DNA of 64,000 nucleotides, taken from positions 19,900-83,899 of the forward strand of contig JACPAG010000001.1 of NCBI GenBank assembly GCA_016180945.1, written 5' to 3'. Made by a program: the position numbers and the translations under genes. The stretch's first letter is position 1. The number at the start of each line of letters is the position of its first letter. A model generated the notes under the pieces. That model saw only the letters and a list, made by a program, of their open reading frames with translations, made no database searches and was not told the DNA's origin. The DNA is from Candidatus Aenigmatarchaeota archaeon. Its GTDB lineage: Archaea; Aenigmatarchaeota; Aenigmatarchaeia; GW2011-AR5. Positions 35,097 to 44,690 of the stretch are shown here, piece by piece.

Positions 35097-35675
35097 TTAT
35101 ACTAATTTTAGTAAATCAGCCTTCGTCACAACGCCGTTTATCTTTCCCTTGCTTGTGACGAGAACGGCTGCGTTGTATTCCAGCAGCGTTGAAACAACGC
35201 TTATGCTCGAGTTTTCGTCTATCTGCGGAAACGCCTCGTCCATCAGATCCTTTATAGGAACCAGCGCAAGATTGTCAAAGTTCAGGCCCTGCGCGACCTT
35301 GTCTATCAGCGTCTTCTCGCTTACAGATCCGACAACTACGCCGTCGTCGACAACCGGCAGCTGCGAGATTTTTTTGTTTTTCATCAATTTAGCAGCATCC
35401 TTTACAGAAAGGTTTGAGCGTATAGTCGCGACGTGCTTCGACATTATATCTTTTGCTTTCGGTATGCGCCCGCTTCCTACGTTCTCAAGCGCAAGAAATA
35501 TTTTCTTTACCTTCTGATAACTCGGATCAACCCTTCCCGCCTCTAGCCGTGCTATCAGCGATTGCGATACGCCAGCCGCTTTAGCCAGTTCTGTCTGGTT
35601 TATGCCCATCTGCTTCCTCATATTTTTTATCGTCTTCAGTTCAGGTAATCTCATAAAACCACATAGGTAAGACAT
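35097..35675 (-). CDS. XRE-type HTH + tandem CBS-domain regulator
   Basis: MGINQTELAKAAGVSQSLIARLEAGRVDP HTH, followed by two CBS repeats. The start may be the Met at 35654. Confidence 0.8.
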   Translation of the reverse strand: MSYLCGFMRLPELKTIKNMRKQMGINQTELAKAAGVSQSLIARLEAGRVDPSYQKVKKIFLALENVGSGRIPKAKDIMSKHVATIRSNLSVKDAAKLMKNKKISQLPVVDDGVVVGSVSEKTLIDKVAQGLNFDNLALVPIKDLMDEAFPQIDENSSISVVSTLLEYNAAVLVTSKGKINGVVTKADLLKLV

Positions 35676-35939
35676 AGCATTAGATGTTGATTCACATCTT
35701 TGTTTTGCGCCACGGCACCAATTAATGTGTTGTGGTTTGCAGCGAAGCCCAATTTCAGTTACATCTATAGCATTACTTACGAAATCCCGACCAAAATTAT
35801 CTCCCTATGCTGCACTTACTCCTCCTAATCCACATTCCTTTCGTCTTGCCTATCAGAAATTATAGTAATAATCCTTATAAAGATTATGCACATGCGAATA
35901 GACATATATCTCGCTTGAAATTCGGCATATTAGTCGACA

Positions 35940-36018
35940 GTTTCTTCGCCTGTAGTTGAATGTTTCTTTGCCAAAGTTAGCTGTTTCTTTGCCAGCTTTC
36001 TTTCCCAAAGAAAGCTGG
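35940..36018 (+). repeat. GTTTCTTYGCC direct repeats (x3, plus a degenerate fourth) ending in a palindrome
   Basis: Repeats at 35940, 35962 and 35983 (spacing 22 and 21 bp) and GCTTTCTTTCCC at 35995. Palindrome CCAGCTTTCTTT-CCC-AAAGAAAGCTGG at 35992-36018. Lies inside a ~575-bp region without a credible ORF. Confidence 0.65.
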
Positions 36019-36293
36019 TGGGAGGTTTGTCCCATGAAATGCTTATATATGTAATTACACATGTAATGTATAGTGATACGATGAACCGAACGCATTTGCA
36101 TACATTACAGAATTGTTTGGTTAGAGTATCCTATATGTTTTTCCAGCTAGCGTTTATCACATCAAAGCGCTAGTATGGGATGATTCTTTTCTTCTCAGAA
36201 GATGACCATAAAACACTTCTCTTTGTTGTAAAAAATTAAGGATATTAGATTTTGCTTTGCGTGTTTATCGAATGTAAAAAAGAGGTGAATGAA

Positions 36294-36437
36294 ATGAAAT
36301 TACCGTTGTGTTGTGGAACCGAAATGAAGTCCAGCATGGAGCTTGGGCGATTCACAGAGGTCCAGTGCGGCAAATGCGGCGACGTTGTATACGTCAAAAG
36401 GTACAGCCAGCAGAAACCAGTGATGCTAGATGACTGA
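36294..36437 (+). CDS. 47-aa zinc-ribbon protein
   Basis: A GAGGTGA SD 6 nt upstream. MKLPLCCGTEMKSSMELGRFTEVQCGKCGDVVYVKRY. Confidence 0.5.
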   Translation: MKLPLCCGTEMKSSMELGRFTEVQCGKCGDVVYVKRYSQQKPVMLDD

Positions 36438-36592
36438 ACTTTCATATGTCTGTTTTAGTCGTATTGATAGATGAAGCTCGGTTCACCTAACCTCGAACTG
36501 CTTGAAGCATTTCGGGCAGAACAAAATGCCATGGTAATTACTCATGGCCGGCGTTAGCGCCCCGCCGCATTTGTCACAGGTTTTCATATCTA

Positions 36593-37582
36593 TCAAAATT
36601 CTGTTAAGTTTTTTAGTCCGTCTTCCGTCATCAAAAAGTCGTTTTCTATCCGGATGCCGTTAGCCTTATAGACACCCGGTTCGATAGTGAACGTCATTCC
36701 TTCTTTCAGGACATCGCTGCTGTTTTTTGATATCCACGGCCTTTCGTGGACGGCAATGCCTATGCCGTGGCCAAGCGACGTTATGAACAGCTTTTTATGT
36801 ACGCCTAATGATTTGCGGACAAACGAGTCCAGTTCTTTTGCCTCTATATTCACTTTTACTCTGGGGTAAAGCTCCTTCAGTATTTTTTCTATCTTGTTTT
36901 CCCATCTGCTGCCTTTTGTCCTCGTCACGTCAGAAACATAATTCTTGTAGCGCACGCCGAAATCTACCAGCAATGGCAGTTTTATTTTCTGTTTCGTCGG
37001 TTTGTGGTGCGGCACTGCTATGTTCCTGCCTGCGGCAACTATCGTAGGAAAGCTCGGCTGCACGCCGTGCTTGTGCATCTCGTATTCTACCAGCCCCTTG
37101 AATTCCATTTCGCTCATGCCGTGCCAGCCGTTTTCAACCTTGCTAAAAATCCTGCCGGAAATCTTGCACGCTTCCTTTATGCAGATTATTTCATATGCTG
37201 TTTTCTGCGCCCGCGCGTTTTCTAGATGTTTGCCGATATCAATAAGCTTCGCCTTTGCCGCAATCAGTTTTTTGTAGATATCAACATGCATAGTCGATTC
37301 GTCTATTCCTATCTTCTTTCCTTTTACCAGTTTTTCCAGCGTGTCTTTTCCGGCAACTTCTGCATCCTTGATCCACGATTTTTTTGCTACCGGATAGTCT
37401 CTCGCATTCGTGAAAATTCTTGGTTTTGAAAAGTCGTGAAACAGGAAACCGGCTATGTCTTCGCTGTCGGTGAAATATATAAAATTGGGGCTGGACTGCA
37501 TGTCCTTGTTGAACAAAACAAAGGCATCTATCCTGTCAGAGAGTCCATTCATTTTGTCCAGTCTTATTTTCAGCTCATTCAT
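36593..37582 (-). CDS. M24-family Xaa-Pro aminopeptidase
   Basis: Pita-bread motifs: VSDVTRT, GHGIGIAVHE, FTIEPGVY, IENDFL. Confidence 0.88.
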   Translation of the reverse strand: MNELKIRLDKMNGLSDRIDAFVLFNKDMQSSPNFIYFTDSEDIAGFLFHDFSKPRIFTNARDYPVAKKSWIKDAEVAGKDTLEKLVKGKKIGIDESTMHVDIYKKLIAAKAKLIDIGKHLENARAQKTAYEIICIKEACKISGRIFSKVENGWHGMSEMEFKGLVEYEMHKHGVQPSFPTIVAAGRNIAVPHHKPTKQKIKLPLLVDFGVRYKNYVSDVTRTKGSRWENKIEKILKELYPRVKVNIEAKELDSFVRKSLGVHKKLFITSLGHGIGIAVHERPWISKNSSDVLKEGMTFTIEPGVYKANGIRIENDFLMTEDGLKNLTEF

Positions 37583-37774
37583 AATTACACTATTGAAAAT
37601 ATGGTTAATGTAGATATATAGTTAAGTTGGTCAGCTATAAAAGATAAGTATCTGGTAAGCCAAAAAGTATAAGTATATTGTTCGCCAAGACTGGGCTTCG
37701 ACCGCCATTTTTGCTTAGCAAACTTAAAACCAAAAGATAAAATTCTAGTATGCCGGATTTTCCTATTCAGCTAC

Positions 37775-38947
37775 TTACTCTGTCCTTACTTCCAGAGAGC
37801 GGAAATCATTCAGCACAAGTATCGCCAGCGATCCCGCGTTTACGTGCTCCTTGTAGTCCATGCCCACCAAACAGCGGACTTTTCTCTGCAGCGCCAGGTC
37901 AACAATGCTCTGGTTTATTTTGCCGTCAAAGACTATTGCAAAAATATCGGCGTAATCGCTTGCAACGTCGCCTATTTCGCTGAGAGGGACCTTGCTCAGA
38001 ATTTTGTTGCCGTTGCCTACAACATACGCGGCCCTGGTCCCTATGAGGTCTTCCAGAAGCGAACCGAGAAATCTCTTTGCCTCGTCGTCTACGCCTTCCT
38101 TGGTTTCTTCTTCCGCCTCCTCAACAACCTTCTTTTCCCCGCCGCCCACCGGCTCCCTGTCGCGCAGCGACTTGAATATCTGTTTTTTGGTAAGCTCTTC
38201 TACCTCTTTTCCCTCTTCTGCCCTGGCTACAAAATCTATATCCGCCACGGCGTGCAGCTTTTTCAGGATTAAATCCCCCCCTCTGTCGCCGTCCAGGAAT
38301 GCAGTAACCGTTTTCTCTTTCGCCAGTTGCACTATGGGGTCTGGTATCTTCGTCCCTTCTATTGCAACGACATTCTTTATGCCGTTCTTGAGCAGATTTA
38401 TAACGTCCGCCCTGCCTTCAACAACGATTATCTCTTCGGCATTCTGTATTTCAGGCCCGCAGCTCAGGCCGTTATAGTTCGAAACCTCCCATGCCCTCAC
38501 CGCCTCCCTTATTGTCTCCGAGAGTTTTTGTGAATCCGTCTCCCCTTCGTCCATCATGGCGCGCAGAATCTCTTTGGCCCGTTCTATGACATATTTTCTC
38601 TTCTGGCTCCGGACGTCTTCTACCTTGCTTATCTCTATCTCTGCATCACATGGACCTACCTTGTCTATAGTTTCAAGAGAAGCAGCCAATAAACTTGTTT
38701 CAGAAGAATCAAGGCTTGATGGAATTATAATGTCAGCGTACGACTTCCCTTTCGACGTGTTGACTTCTACTTCTATTCTTCCTAGCCTGCCCGTTCTTTG
38801 GAGCTCCCGTAAATCCAGGTCAACCCCCAGCAGCCCTTCTGTCTGCCCGAAGACTGCGCCTATGACGTCGGGCCTTTCTATAACCCCCTTGGCATGCAGC
38901 CTTGCGTGAATCAGGTATTTCGCGAAATTCTGGGCCAATTTGGCCAT
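37775..38947 (-). CDS. dnaG: archaeal DnaG primase-like Toprim protein
   Basis: MAKLAQNFAKYLIHARLHAKGVIERPDVIGAVFGQTEGLLG is the archaeal DnaG hallmark N-terminus. Toprim motifs VVEGRADV and DGDRGGD. Confidence 0.92.
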   Translation of the reverse strand: MAKLAQNFAKYLIHARLHAKGVIERPDVIGAVFGQTEGLLGVDLDLRELQRTGRLGRIEVEVNTSKGKSYADIIIPSSLDSSETSLLAASLETIDKVGPCDAEIEISKVEDVRSQKRKYVIERAKEILRAMMDEGETDSQKLSETIREAVRAWEVSNYNGLSCGPEIQNAEEIIVVEGRADVINLLKNGIKNVVAIEGTKIPDPIVQLAKEKTVTAFLDGDRGGDLILKKLHAVADIDFVARAEEGKEVEELTKKQIFKSLRDREPVGGGEKKVVEEAEEETKEGVDDEAKRFLGSLLEDLIGTRAAYVVGNGNKILSKVPLSEIGDVASDYADIFAIVFDGKINQSIVDLALQRKVRCLVGMDYKEHVNAGSLAILVLNDFRSLEVRTE

Positions 38948-39151
38948 AACTACCACCCCAAATTTGTTTAACAAAGGCAGAACTAGATTTGACTAAACGC
39001 TTCCGGCAAAAAACCCGTGGAAAACCATAATGATCATCAATGAAGTCTGCCTTCTATAAGAATTATGTCGTGGAAATGCTTTTATAGTCATGCAAAGAAC
39101 CAATTATGCATTATTTTTTAGTATGGAACAAATTGACAGACAAGCAAAAGT

Positions 39152-39565
39152 TTATTTGATGTTTGTCAGATCCCCATTAATAATAGTCGGTTTGACAGCC
39201 ACTATTTCCGATTTGTAGTAGTCGATTTCCGGAATCGGGTTCATCAGGAATATTTTCTTCTCCAGAACATGCGCAAAACCTATCTCCATAAGTGTGTTGC
39301 CGCCGATGTAGTTCTTAATCCCCTTCCTGTCATAGTTAAGCACAAGAATGGCATCGCTTTTCTTGATCTTCCCCCAGAATTCTCTTATGGCATCTCTTGT
39401 GTTTTTATGGAACAGCTTAAGCTCTTCTATCTCCTTTTCCGCCTTGCCCGTATATGAGTCGACAAAACCTGATACAAGTACCTCATGCCCTAATTTCTCC
39501 AGTTGTTCCTTGGTTTCGAGCATTTTCTCGGTGAACACCATGCTTGCGCAGATAGCAATTTTCAT
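39152..39565 (-). CDS. nucleoside 2-deoxyribosyltransferase-like protein (tentative)
   Basis: 137 aa. MKIAICASMVF ... SDAILVLN ... YIGGNTLMEIGFA resembles the Rossmann-like NDT-type fold. Assignment made from memory only. Confidence 0.4.
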   Translation of the reverse strand: MKIAICASMVFTEKMLETKEQLEKLGHEVLVSGFVDSYTGKAEKEIEELKLFHKNTRDAIREFWGKIKKSDAILVLNYDRKGIKNYIGGNTLMEIGFAHVLEKKIFLMNPIPEIDYYKSEIVAVKPTIINGDLTNIK

Positions 39566-39650
39566 AGCACAAGTATGTGAAAAGTTCTTTTAAAGTTTTT
39601 AGAGTAGGTGGGAATTCTTAGAATTCTATAGCTTTCTTTTCCGGGGTTTT

Positions 39651-39684
39651 CGAAACAACTAGACGCACAGTAGTGCGTCAGTTT
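39651..39684 (-). repeat. inverted copy of the GACGCAC-hairpin block seen at 24112-24145
   Basis: Minus strand: AAACTGACGCAC-TACT-GTGCGTCTAGTTGTTTCG versus AAACTGACGCAC-AGCG-GTGCGTCTGGTTGTTTCG at 24112. 29 of 34 identical, and four of the five differences are in the loop. Confidence 0.7.
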
Positions 39685-39693
39685 GCCACAAGC

Positions 39694-40134
39694 CTATGCA
39701 TAACTGTACTTGTATCGTAACTTCACCTGGTATTCCATCTGCTTCCAGACGTTTCTTATCTCTTCCATGGCCATTCTTTTCAGCACAGGCGCTATGGCAG
39801 CTGCATAAAAATCATAGAATGACTTGGAAAAAAAGCCCGCTTCCTGGTCGGTTTTTATTTCGAATGATGCGGAAATCGTTAGTGTGATGATGTTCATCAT
39901 GCTGTCCGCTTTTATGTCAAACATTATTCTTGCCCGAGAATGCCTGTCCATCAGCTTTGTCAGAACGTATACAAGGCTCGCCCTTTTTCGCGGCCCGTCA
40001 GTTTCGTAAATATTTTCCCTTTGCCTGGCGCCCAGGCCGTCTATTATGTTGCCCAGCTCTGCCGAAGACAAAAAAATATCGTCCGTTTCGATGAAAATCT
40101 TTCTCGACAGCATCTCGTCGATTATTTTCTCCAT
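39694..40134 (-). CDS. hypothetical protein
   Basis: 146-aa ORF. No family recognised. Confidence 0.55.
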   Translation of the reverse strand: MEKIIDEMLSRKIFIETDDIFLSSAELGNIIDGLGARQRENIYETDGPRKRASLVYVLTKLMDRHSRARIMFDIKADSMMNIITLTISASFEIKTDQEAGFFSKSFYDFYAAAIAPVLKRMAMEEIRNVWKQMEYQVKLRYKYSYA

Positions 40135-40266
40135 GCAATTAACCTTATTTTCCCTGAATAAAAAGGTAACCTTAGGTATCCAGAAAAGACGGGTGAATAT
40201 GTTGGCATGTATATAGAAGTTATGCAGGGAATGGAATTTAAATTTATTAAATAGTAATGAGTTGCT

Positions 40267-40653
40267 ATGAGAACGTACACAACTTTCTTACGTGCGCTAG
40301 AGCATGTGATAAATAACGCTGGAAGACTTAGCTCAGAGCCAGAAGGACCGTATTACTGTCGACTTCCCCAGTTGTATAGACTGGCTTTAAGAGAGCTTGG
40401 TTTATTGTTAGGGGATGGTATGTCAGTTCCTAGACCAGAATTTAATCATGGTGACATGTCTAATCGCAATACTCATTTTGATGTATACGTTCATCCTGTA
40501 GATTACAAAGGTGCCGAAAGGGCATTGCAGCGCCTGGAAGAATTTGTTGCGCAACGTACAAGCCGTGGCACTTTTTTTCTCGGCATTAAAATTGATCCGG
40601 CAGAATTGCTAGATGAAAGAACTAGAAGAATACAAGAGATAGGTGAACCATAG
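40267..40653 (+). CDS. hypothetical protein
   Basis: 128-aa ORF. No family recognised. Confidence 0.45.
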   Translation: MRTYTTFLRALEHVINNAGRLSSEPEGPYYCRLPQLYRLALRELGLLLGDGMSVPRPEFNHGDMSNRNTHFDVYVHPVDYKGAERALQRLEEFVAQRTSRGTFFLGIKIDPAELLDERTRRIQEIGEP

Positions 40654-40726
40654 TTATTGCCTTCTGCACATGCAATTTTTCCTATCCAAACAAGTGTATT
40701 TATAATTCGCCTCACAAATTCCTTCT

Positions 40727-41098
40727 ATGTCTAATTATGCAAAAGGCTATAAGGGAGAGCTGGAACTGGTCCATATGTTAAGCAGGATGGGTTACATGGT
40801 TATCCGCGCACCGAGGAGCGGGCGGATAAATCTCGCCTCGCCTGACGTCGTCGCCGCAAAAAACGGAAAACTTATAGTCGTCGAGTGCAAGTCCCGGAGG
40901 GATGCATTTAAAATACCTGCCGACCAGCTCAGCCAGCTCTGCGAATGGGAGGTGAAAGGAGGCGCTAAAGCGTACGTAGGCTGGAAGATTGCCAGGAAAG
41001 GATGGAAATTCTTTAGCCTGGAAACAGTCCGGAAAAACAATGGCAACATAGGCAAGAAATTTGCAAAAGAAAACGGCATAGGCATAGATGAATTATAA
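40727..41098 (+). CDS. hjc: Holliday junction resolvase Hjc
   Basis: KGYKGELELVHMLSRMGYMVIRAPRSG ... SPDVVAAKNGKLIVVECKS matches the Hjc PD-(D/E)xK pattern. Confidence 0.88.
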   Translation: MSNYAKGYKGELELVHMLSRMGYMVIRAPRSGRINLASPDVVAAKNGKLIVVECKSRRDAFKIPADQLSQLCEWEVKGGAKAYVGWKIARKGWKFFSLETVRKNNGNIGKKFAKENGIGIDEL

Positions 41099-41293
41099 TG
41101 CGGTCCATTTCGGCAATTCATCTGGTAGCTAAAATTCTTGCCTTGCTTCTTATTTCTTCTTCTTTTTGTGGGCGGCGCACATGTTGCACATGAGTATCAC
41201 CTTATGATAAATCAACCAAAATATTTTTAAAGCTGACCATCCTCAGCACCTTTACCATATACCTATAAATCCATTAAACTTCAAAGCATAGGC

Positions 41294-42586
41294 ATGAAAA
41301 CTTCGGCTCTTTCCGGCTTCCATGACCTGCGGCCGGAAAAGCGCCTTGAGATTGTAAAGAAATTCGCCGGCTTGACGCAAAAGGAGGCGCTGACCCTGAG
41401 GAATCTTGGCCTTGGTATGAAGCTTGCGGACATGATGATAGAGAATGTTATCGGCACGACGCAGCTGCCCATGGGCATAGCGACAAATTTTCTCGTCAAC
41501 GGCCGTGACTATTTAATACCCATGGCATTGGAAGAGCCGTCTGTCGTTGCAGCCGCGTCCAACGCCGCCAAACTGGCCCGCCCGGAAGGCGGCTTTACAA
41601 CGCTGAGCGATCCGCCTGTCATGATAGGCCAGATTCAGATAGTTCGTCTGCCAAACGCGAAAAAGGCAAAAAAACTTGTTCTCCGCCATAAGGAAAAAAT
41701 TATGAAGATTGCAAATGCACAGGATTCGATGCTTGTCCGTCTCGGCGGCGGCGCCAAGGACGTGGAAGCCCGCATCATCAGAACGCCGCGCGGCAGGATG
41801 TTAATAATCCATCTGATAGTTGATGTTCGCGACGCCATGGGCGCCAATGCCGTTAATACAATGACGGAAGCCGTTTCTTCATATATAGAAAAACTTACGG
41901 GCGGCGAAGCCCGGTTGCGGATAATCTCAAACCTTTCAGTCCACCGCATCGCATGGGCAAAAGCCGTCTGGAGCAGGAATCTTCTTGGTGAAGACGTTAT
42001 TGAGGGCGTCTTGGACGCTTACGCCTTTGCTGCCGCAGACCGTTTCCGCTGCGCCACGCACAATAAAGGTATAATGAACGGCATCGACGCCGTAGCCATA
42101 GCCACGGGCAATGATTTCCGCTCATTGGAAGCAGCAGCCCATTGTTACGCGGCCATGAAAAGCTACAAGCCGTTGACGCACTACGAAAAAGACGCAGAGG
42201 GCAATTTAGTCGGCACAATAGAAATCCCGATAACCGTCGGTCTTGTTGGCGGCGCCACGAAAACCCATCCGGTGGCGAGGACTGCCGTAAAGATATTGGG
42301 TATCAAAACCGCCCAGGAACTTGCAGAGGTCATGGCGTGCGTCGGTCTTGCAAATAATTTCGCCGCCCTGCGCGCCATGGTCAGGGAAGGCATCCAGAGC
42401 GGCCACATGAAACTGCACGCCAAAAACATAGCCGTCATGGCTGGCGCCAAAGGCACGTTGATAGAAAAGATTGCAAGAAGAATCGTCCGTGAAAAGAAAA
42501 TAAACGTCTCGAGCGCAAAAGAGCTTTTGGACTCCCTGCACGCCAAAAAGAAAAGGTTCAAAGAAAGACTTAAGAAAAGGAGATGA
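41294..42586 (+). CDS. hmgA: HMG-CoA reductase, class II type
   Basis: ENVIGTTQLPMGIATNFLVNGRDYLIPMALEEPSVVAAASNAAK, DAMGANAVN and VGLVGGATKTHP resemble the class II (P. mevalonii-type) enzymes. Confidence 0.88.
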   Translation: MKTSALSGFHDLRPEKRLEIVKKFAGLTQKEALTLRNLGLGMKLADMMIENVIGTTQLPMGIATNFLVNGRDYLIPMALEEPSVVAAASNAAKLARPEGGFTTLSDPPVMIGQIQIVRLPNAKKAKKLVLRHKEKIMKIANAQDSMLVRLGGGAKDVEARIIRTPRGRMLIIHLIVDVRDAMGANAVNTMTEAVSSYIEKLTGGEARLRIISNLSVHRIAWAKAVWSRNLLGEDVIEGVLDAYAFAAADRFRCATHNKGIMNGIDAVAIATGNDFRSLEAAAHCYAAMKSYKPLTHYEKDAEGNLVGTIEIPITVGLVGGATKTHPVARTAVKILGIKTAQELAEVMACVGLANNFAALRAMVREGIQSGHMKLHAKNIAVMAGAKGTLIEKIARRIVREKKINVSSAKELLDSLHAKKKRFKERLKKRR

Positions 42587-42632
42587 GCCGAAAACATCTG
42601 CCGCCGAATCTTATTCTTGTCTTACTTCCTGA

Positions 42633-43418
42633 TTAAAACGCCGCCTCCAGCCACGCGCCGATCGCGATAAGAAACTCTGCCGAGAACAGCAGTATCGCCG
42701 AATCCTTGAATATTTTTTTGAATTCCTTGCTCATAAATCGCTCTCTTATTATGCCCACGGACAGGATTCCGCCGGCCAGCCCTGCAACAAAATACGCCAG
42801 AATTTCAGGTATCCCGTGCAGTGCTATGCTGCTGAGGCTCAGCGGAACGCCGTACAGCAGAGCTCCTTTATCCAGGCCTGCCTGCATGAAATTGCCGGCG
42901 TAAACGCCGATGACGCTTGCATTCCACGCCAGAATAAATATCGCGCCTGCGCCGAACATCGTCGACAGTATGAACATCAATAACATCACCTGCGAATTGT
43001 TCACGAAAAACGTCGAGAACGCGCCGGACCCGGAAGCAAGGCCGGAAAATCCTCTCAGCGTCTCTGCCTGCAGCGAAAACGTTTCCTTCGGCATGAAAAT
43101 AAATGAGAACGCGACCGCGACAGTTACGCCCAGAAAAAAAGAACTGAAAACAAAGATGATTTTTTTGTGCCTTGAAAACAGGTTCCCTTTCACGCCTCTG
43201 GCCGCCTCGTCCTCTGCCTCTTCCTCTATCTCGAACAGCTTCTGGAAGAACGGCACGAAAACAATCGTTATCAGCGCTATAGAAAGCAGGGACGCCTGCT
43301 TAGGAAACAGCTGGTTGGCAAAATACATCGATATGACAGAATAAATAAGCGCTATGAAGAAAACGTGGGCTGGTTTGTCTTCGGCGTTCTTCGGATTCAT
43401 TATGGATTCGAGCACCAT
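42633..43418 (-). CDS. SpoIIM/DUF95-family membrane protein
   Basis: 261 aa, polytopic. ALHGIPEILAYFVAGLAGG motif. Confidence 0.7.
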   Translation of the reverse strand: MVLESIMNPKNAEDKPAHVFFIALIYSVISMYFANQLFPKQASLLSIALITIVFVPFFQKLFEIEEEAEDEAARGVKGNLFSRHKKIIFVFSSFFLGVTVAVAFSFIFMPKETFSLQAETLRGFSGLASGSGAFSTFFVNNSQVMLLMFILSTMFGAGAIFILAWNASVIGVYAGNFMQAGLDKGALLYGVPLSLSSIALHGIPEILAYFVAGLAGGILSVGIIRERFMSKEFKKIFKDSAILLFSAEFLIAIGAWLEAAF

Positions 43419-43576
43419 AATTATTCTTGTTGCTGCCGGAATAAAAGGCTTTTATTTCTTCGGCTTTGCATCCAAAGTCCATTCTGCAACTAAATTCGGA
43501 AAGTTGCAATTAAGGTCGGAAAGTGTTACATAAGATTCCGTTTTTAAGGTTTCCTTCTATAATTCTTTTGTTCATT

Positions 43577-44686
43577 ATGGAAACAGAAACGCCTTTTTCT
43601 GAGCTTCCAGAAGCATTAGTAGAAGAGATGCTGAATAAGTCAGATGAATTGGGCAGAGACTTATCAAACACATTCAAAGATATAAATGATAAAAAGTCAG
43701 AGGTCAGAAAAAAGCTCTATGAACTTGAATATCTGAAGAAGGATAGCGATATAATAACGACACCATCGTACCCTACAACTTGTGGTGTTGATGGCTCTTA
43801 TGGCGGTGAAAATCTTTTATCAACCGACATAACTGCTATGGCAAGTGTAGCGGTTGAAGGACTTATACCGCCAAAGGAAGTTAAATATTGGGAAAACCCC
43901 CACTATATTTGTAAAATTCTTACATTACAACACAGCGATGCCACAAGCTTGGTTGCAAGAGCTATTATGATGACTATGGAATTGGAGTTAGCAACAAAAT
44001 CACCTCATGACGTTGTGTTTATGGATGGTTCTTTAACCACACCATTTATTTATTTCAATCAAGCACTAAGCAGAATAAAAGACGTTTCACCAGAACTTTC
44101 AAGTTATTTTATAGAAAGATTAGGATTAACATTGGATTCTTATATTGAGGTATTAGCTGCTGTAAGAAGTGATAAAATATATTCAAGCATACCAAAGTAT
44201 ACAAGCAGGAAGGAAATAGCGAAACTTGTTGGTCTAAATAATTACGAAGATAGGGGTCTTCTCTCTTTCATACTTGAACCTTCAGAGTTTGTTGGGCCAA
44301 TGCCGTTAGAACAACCGAATCAAGAATGGCACATAAATAACCCATTACAATTCAGCATATTATTTGATAAAATTATAAGTTCTCTGAAAGAAATCTATGT
44401 CATATACTATAGGCCTTTTAGTCACATCCCAGCTTTGCGCATAGAGATGTCTAAAAATATAGCTCTGAATAATAATAGATTATCAATACTGCTTGAATCG
44501 GTAAAATTACAATGTGTAGGTGGTGGCATTATGGAACCATATCCTTTGTATTTGGCTGATAGAATGGTAAAGCACTTGGGGACAGCTATTCCAGCTATAC
44601 GTAAGACAATGACTCAAGAAATGGCTGGAGAATGGGGAGATGACGTAACAAGCTTATATTTAGCAATGCACGGGTACAGAACGTGA
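43577..44686 (+). CDS. NurA-like nuclease
   Basis: Motif series CGVDGSYGGE ... MMTMELELA ... VVFMDGSL matches the NurA D/E/D catalytic layout. Met at 43577 chosen. AT-rich. Confidence 0.7.
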   Translation: METETPFSELPEALVEEMLNKSDELGRDLSNTFKDINDKKSEVRKKLYELEYLKKDSDIITTPSYPTTCGVDGSYGGENLLSTDITAMASVAVEGLIPPKEVKYWENPHYICKILTLQHSDATSLVARAIMMTMELELATKSPHDVVFMDGSLTTPFIYFNQALSRIKDVSPELSSYFIERLGLTLDSYIEVLAAVRSDKIYSSIPKYTSRKEIAKLVGLNNYEDRGLLSFILEPSEFVGPMPLEQPNQEWHINNPLQFSILFDKIISSLKEIYVIYYRPFSHIPALRIEMSKNIALNNNRLSILLESVKLQCVGGGIMEPYPLYLADRMVKHLGTAIPAIRKTMTQEMAGEWGDDVTSLYLAMHGYRT

Positions 44687-44690
44687 TTAT

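Noticed and set aside
35853-36101. 82-aa minus-strand ORF
   Set aside because: Overlaps the direct-repeat/palindrome region. Biased composition, no SD or TATA context.
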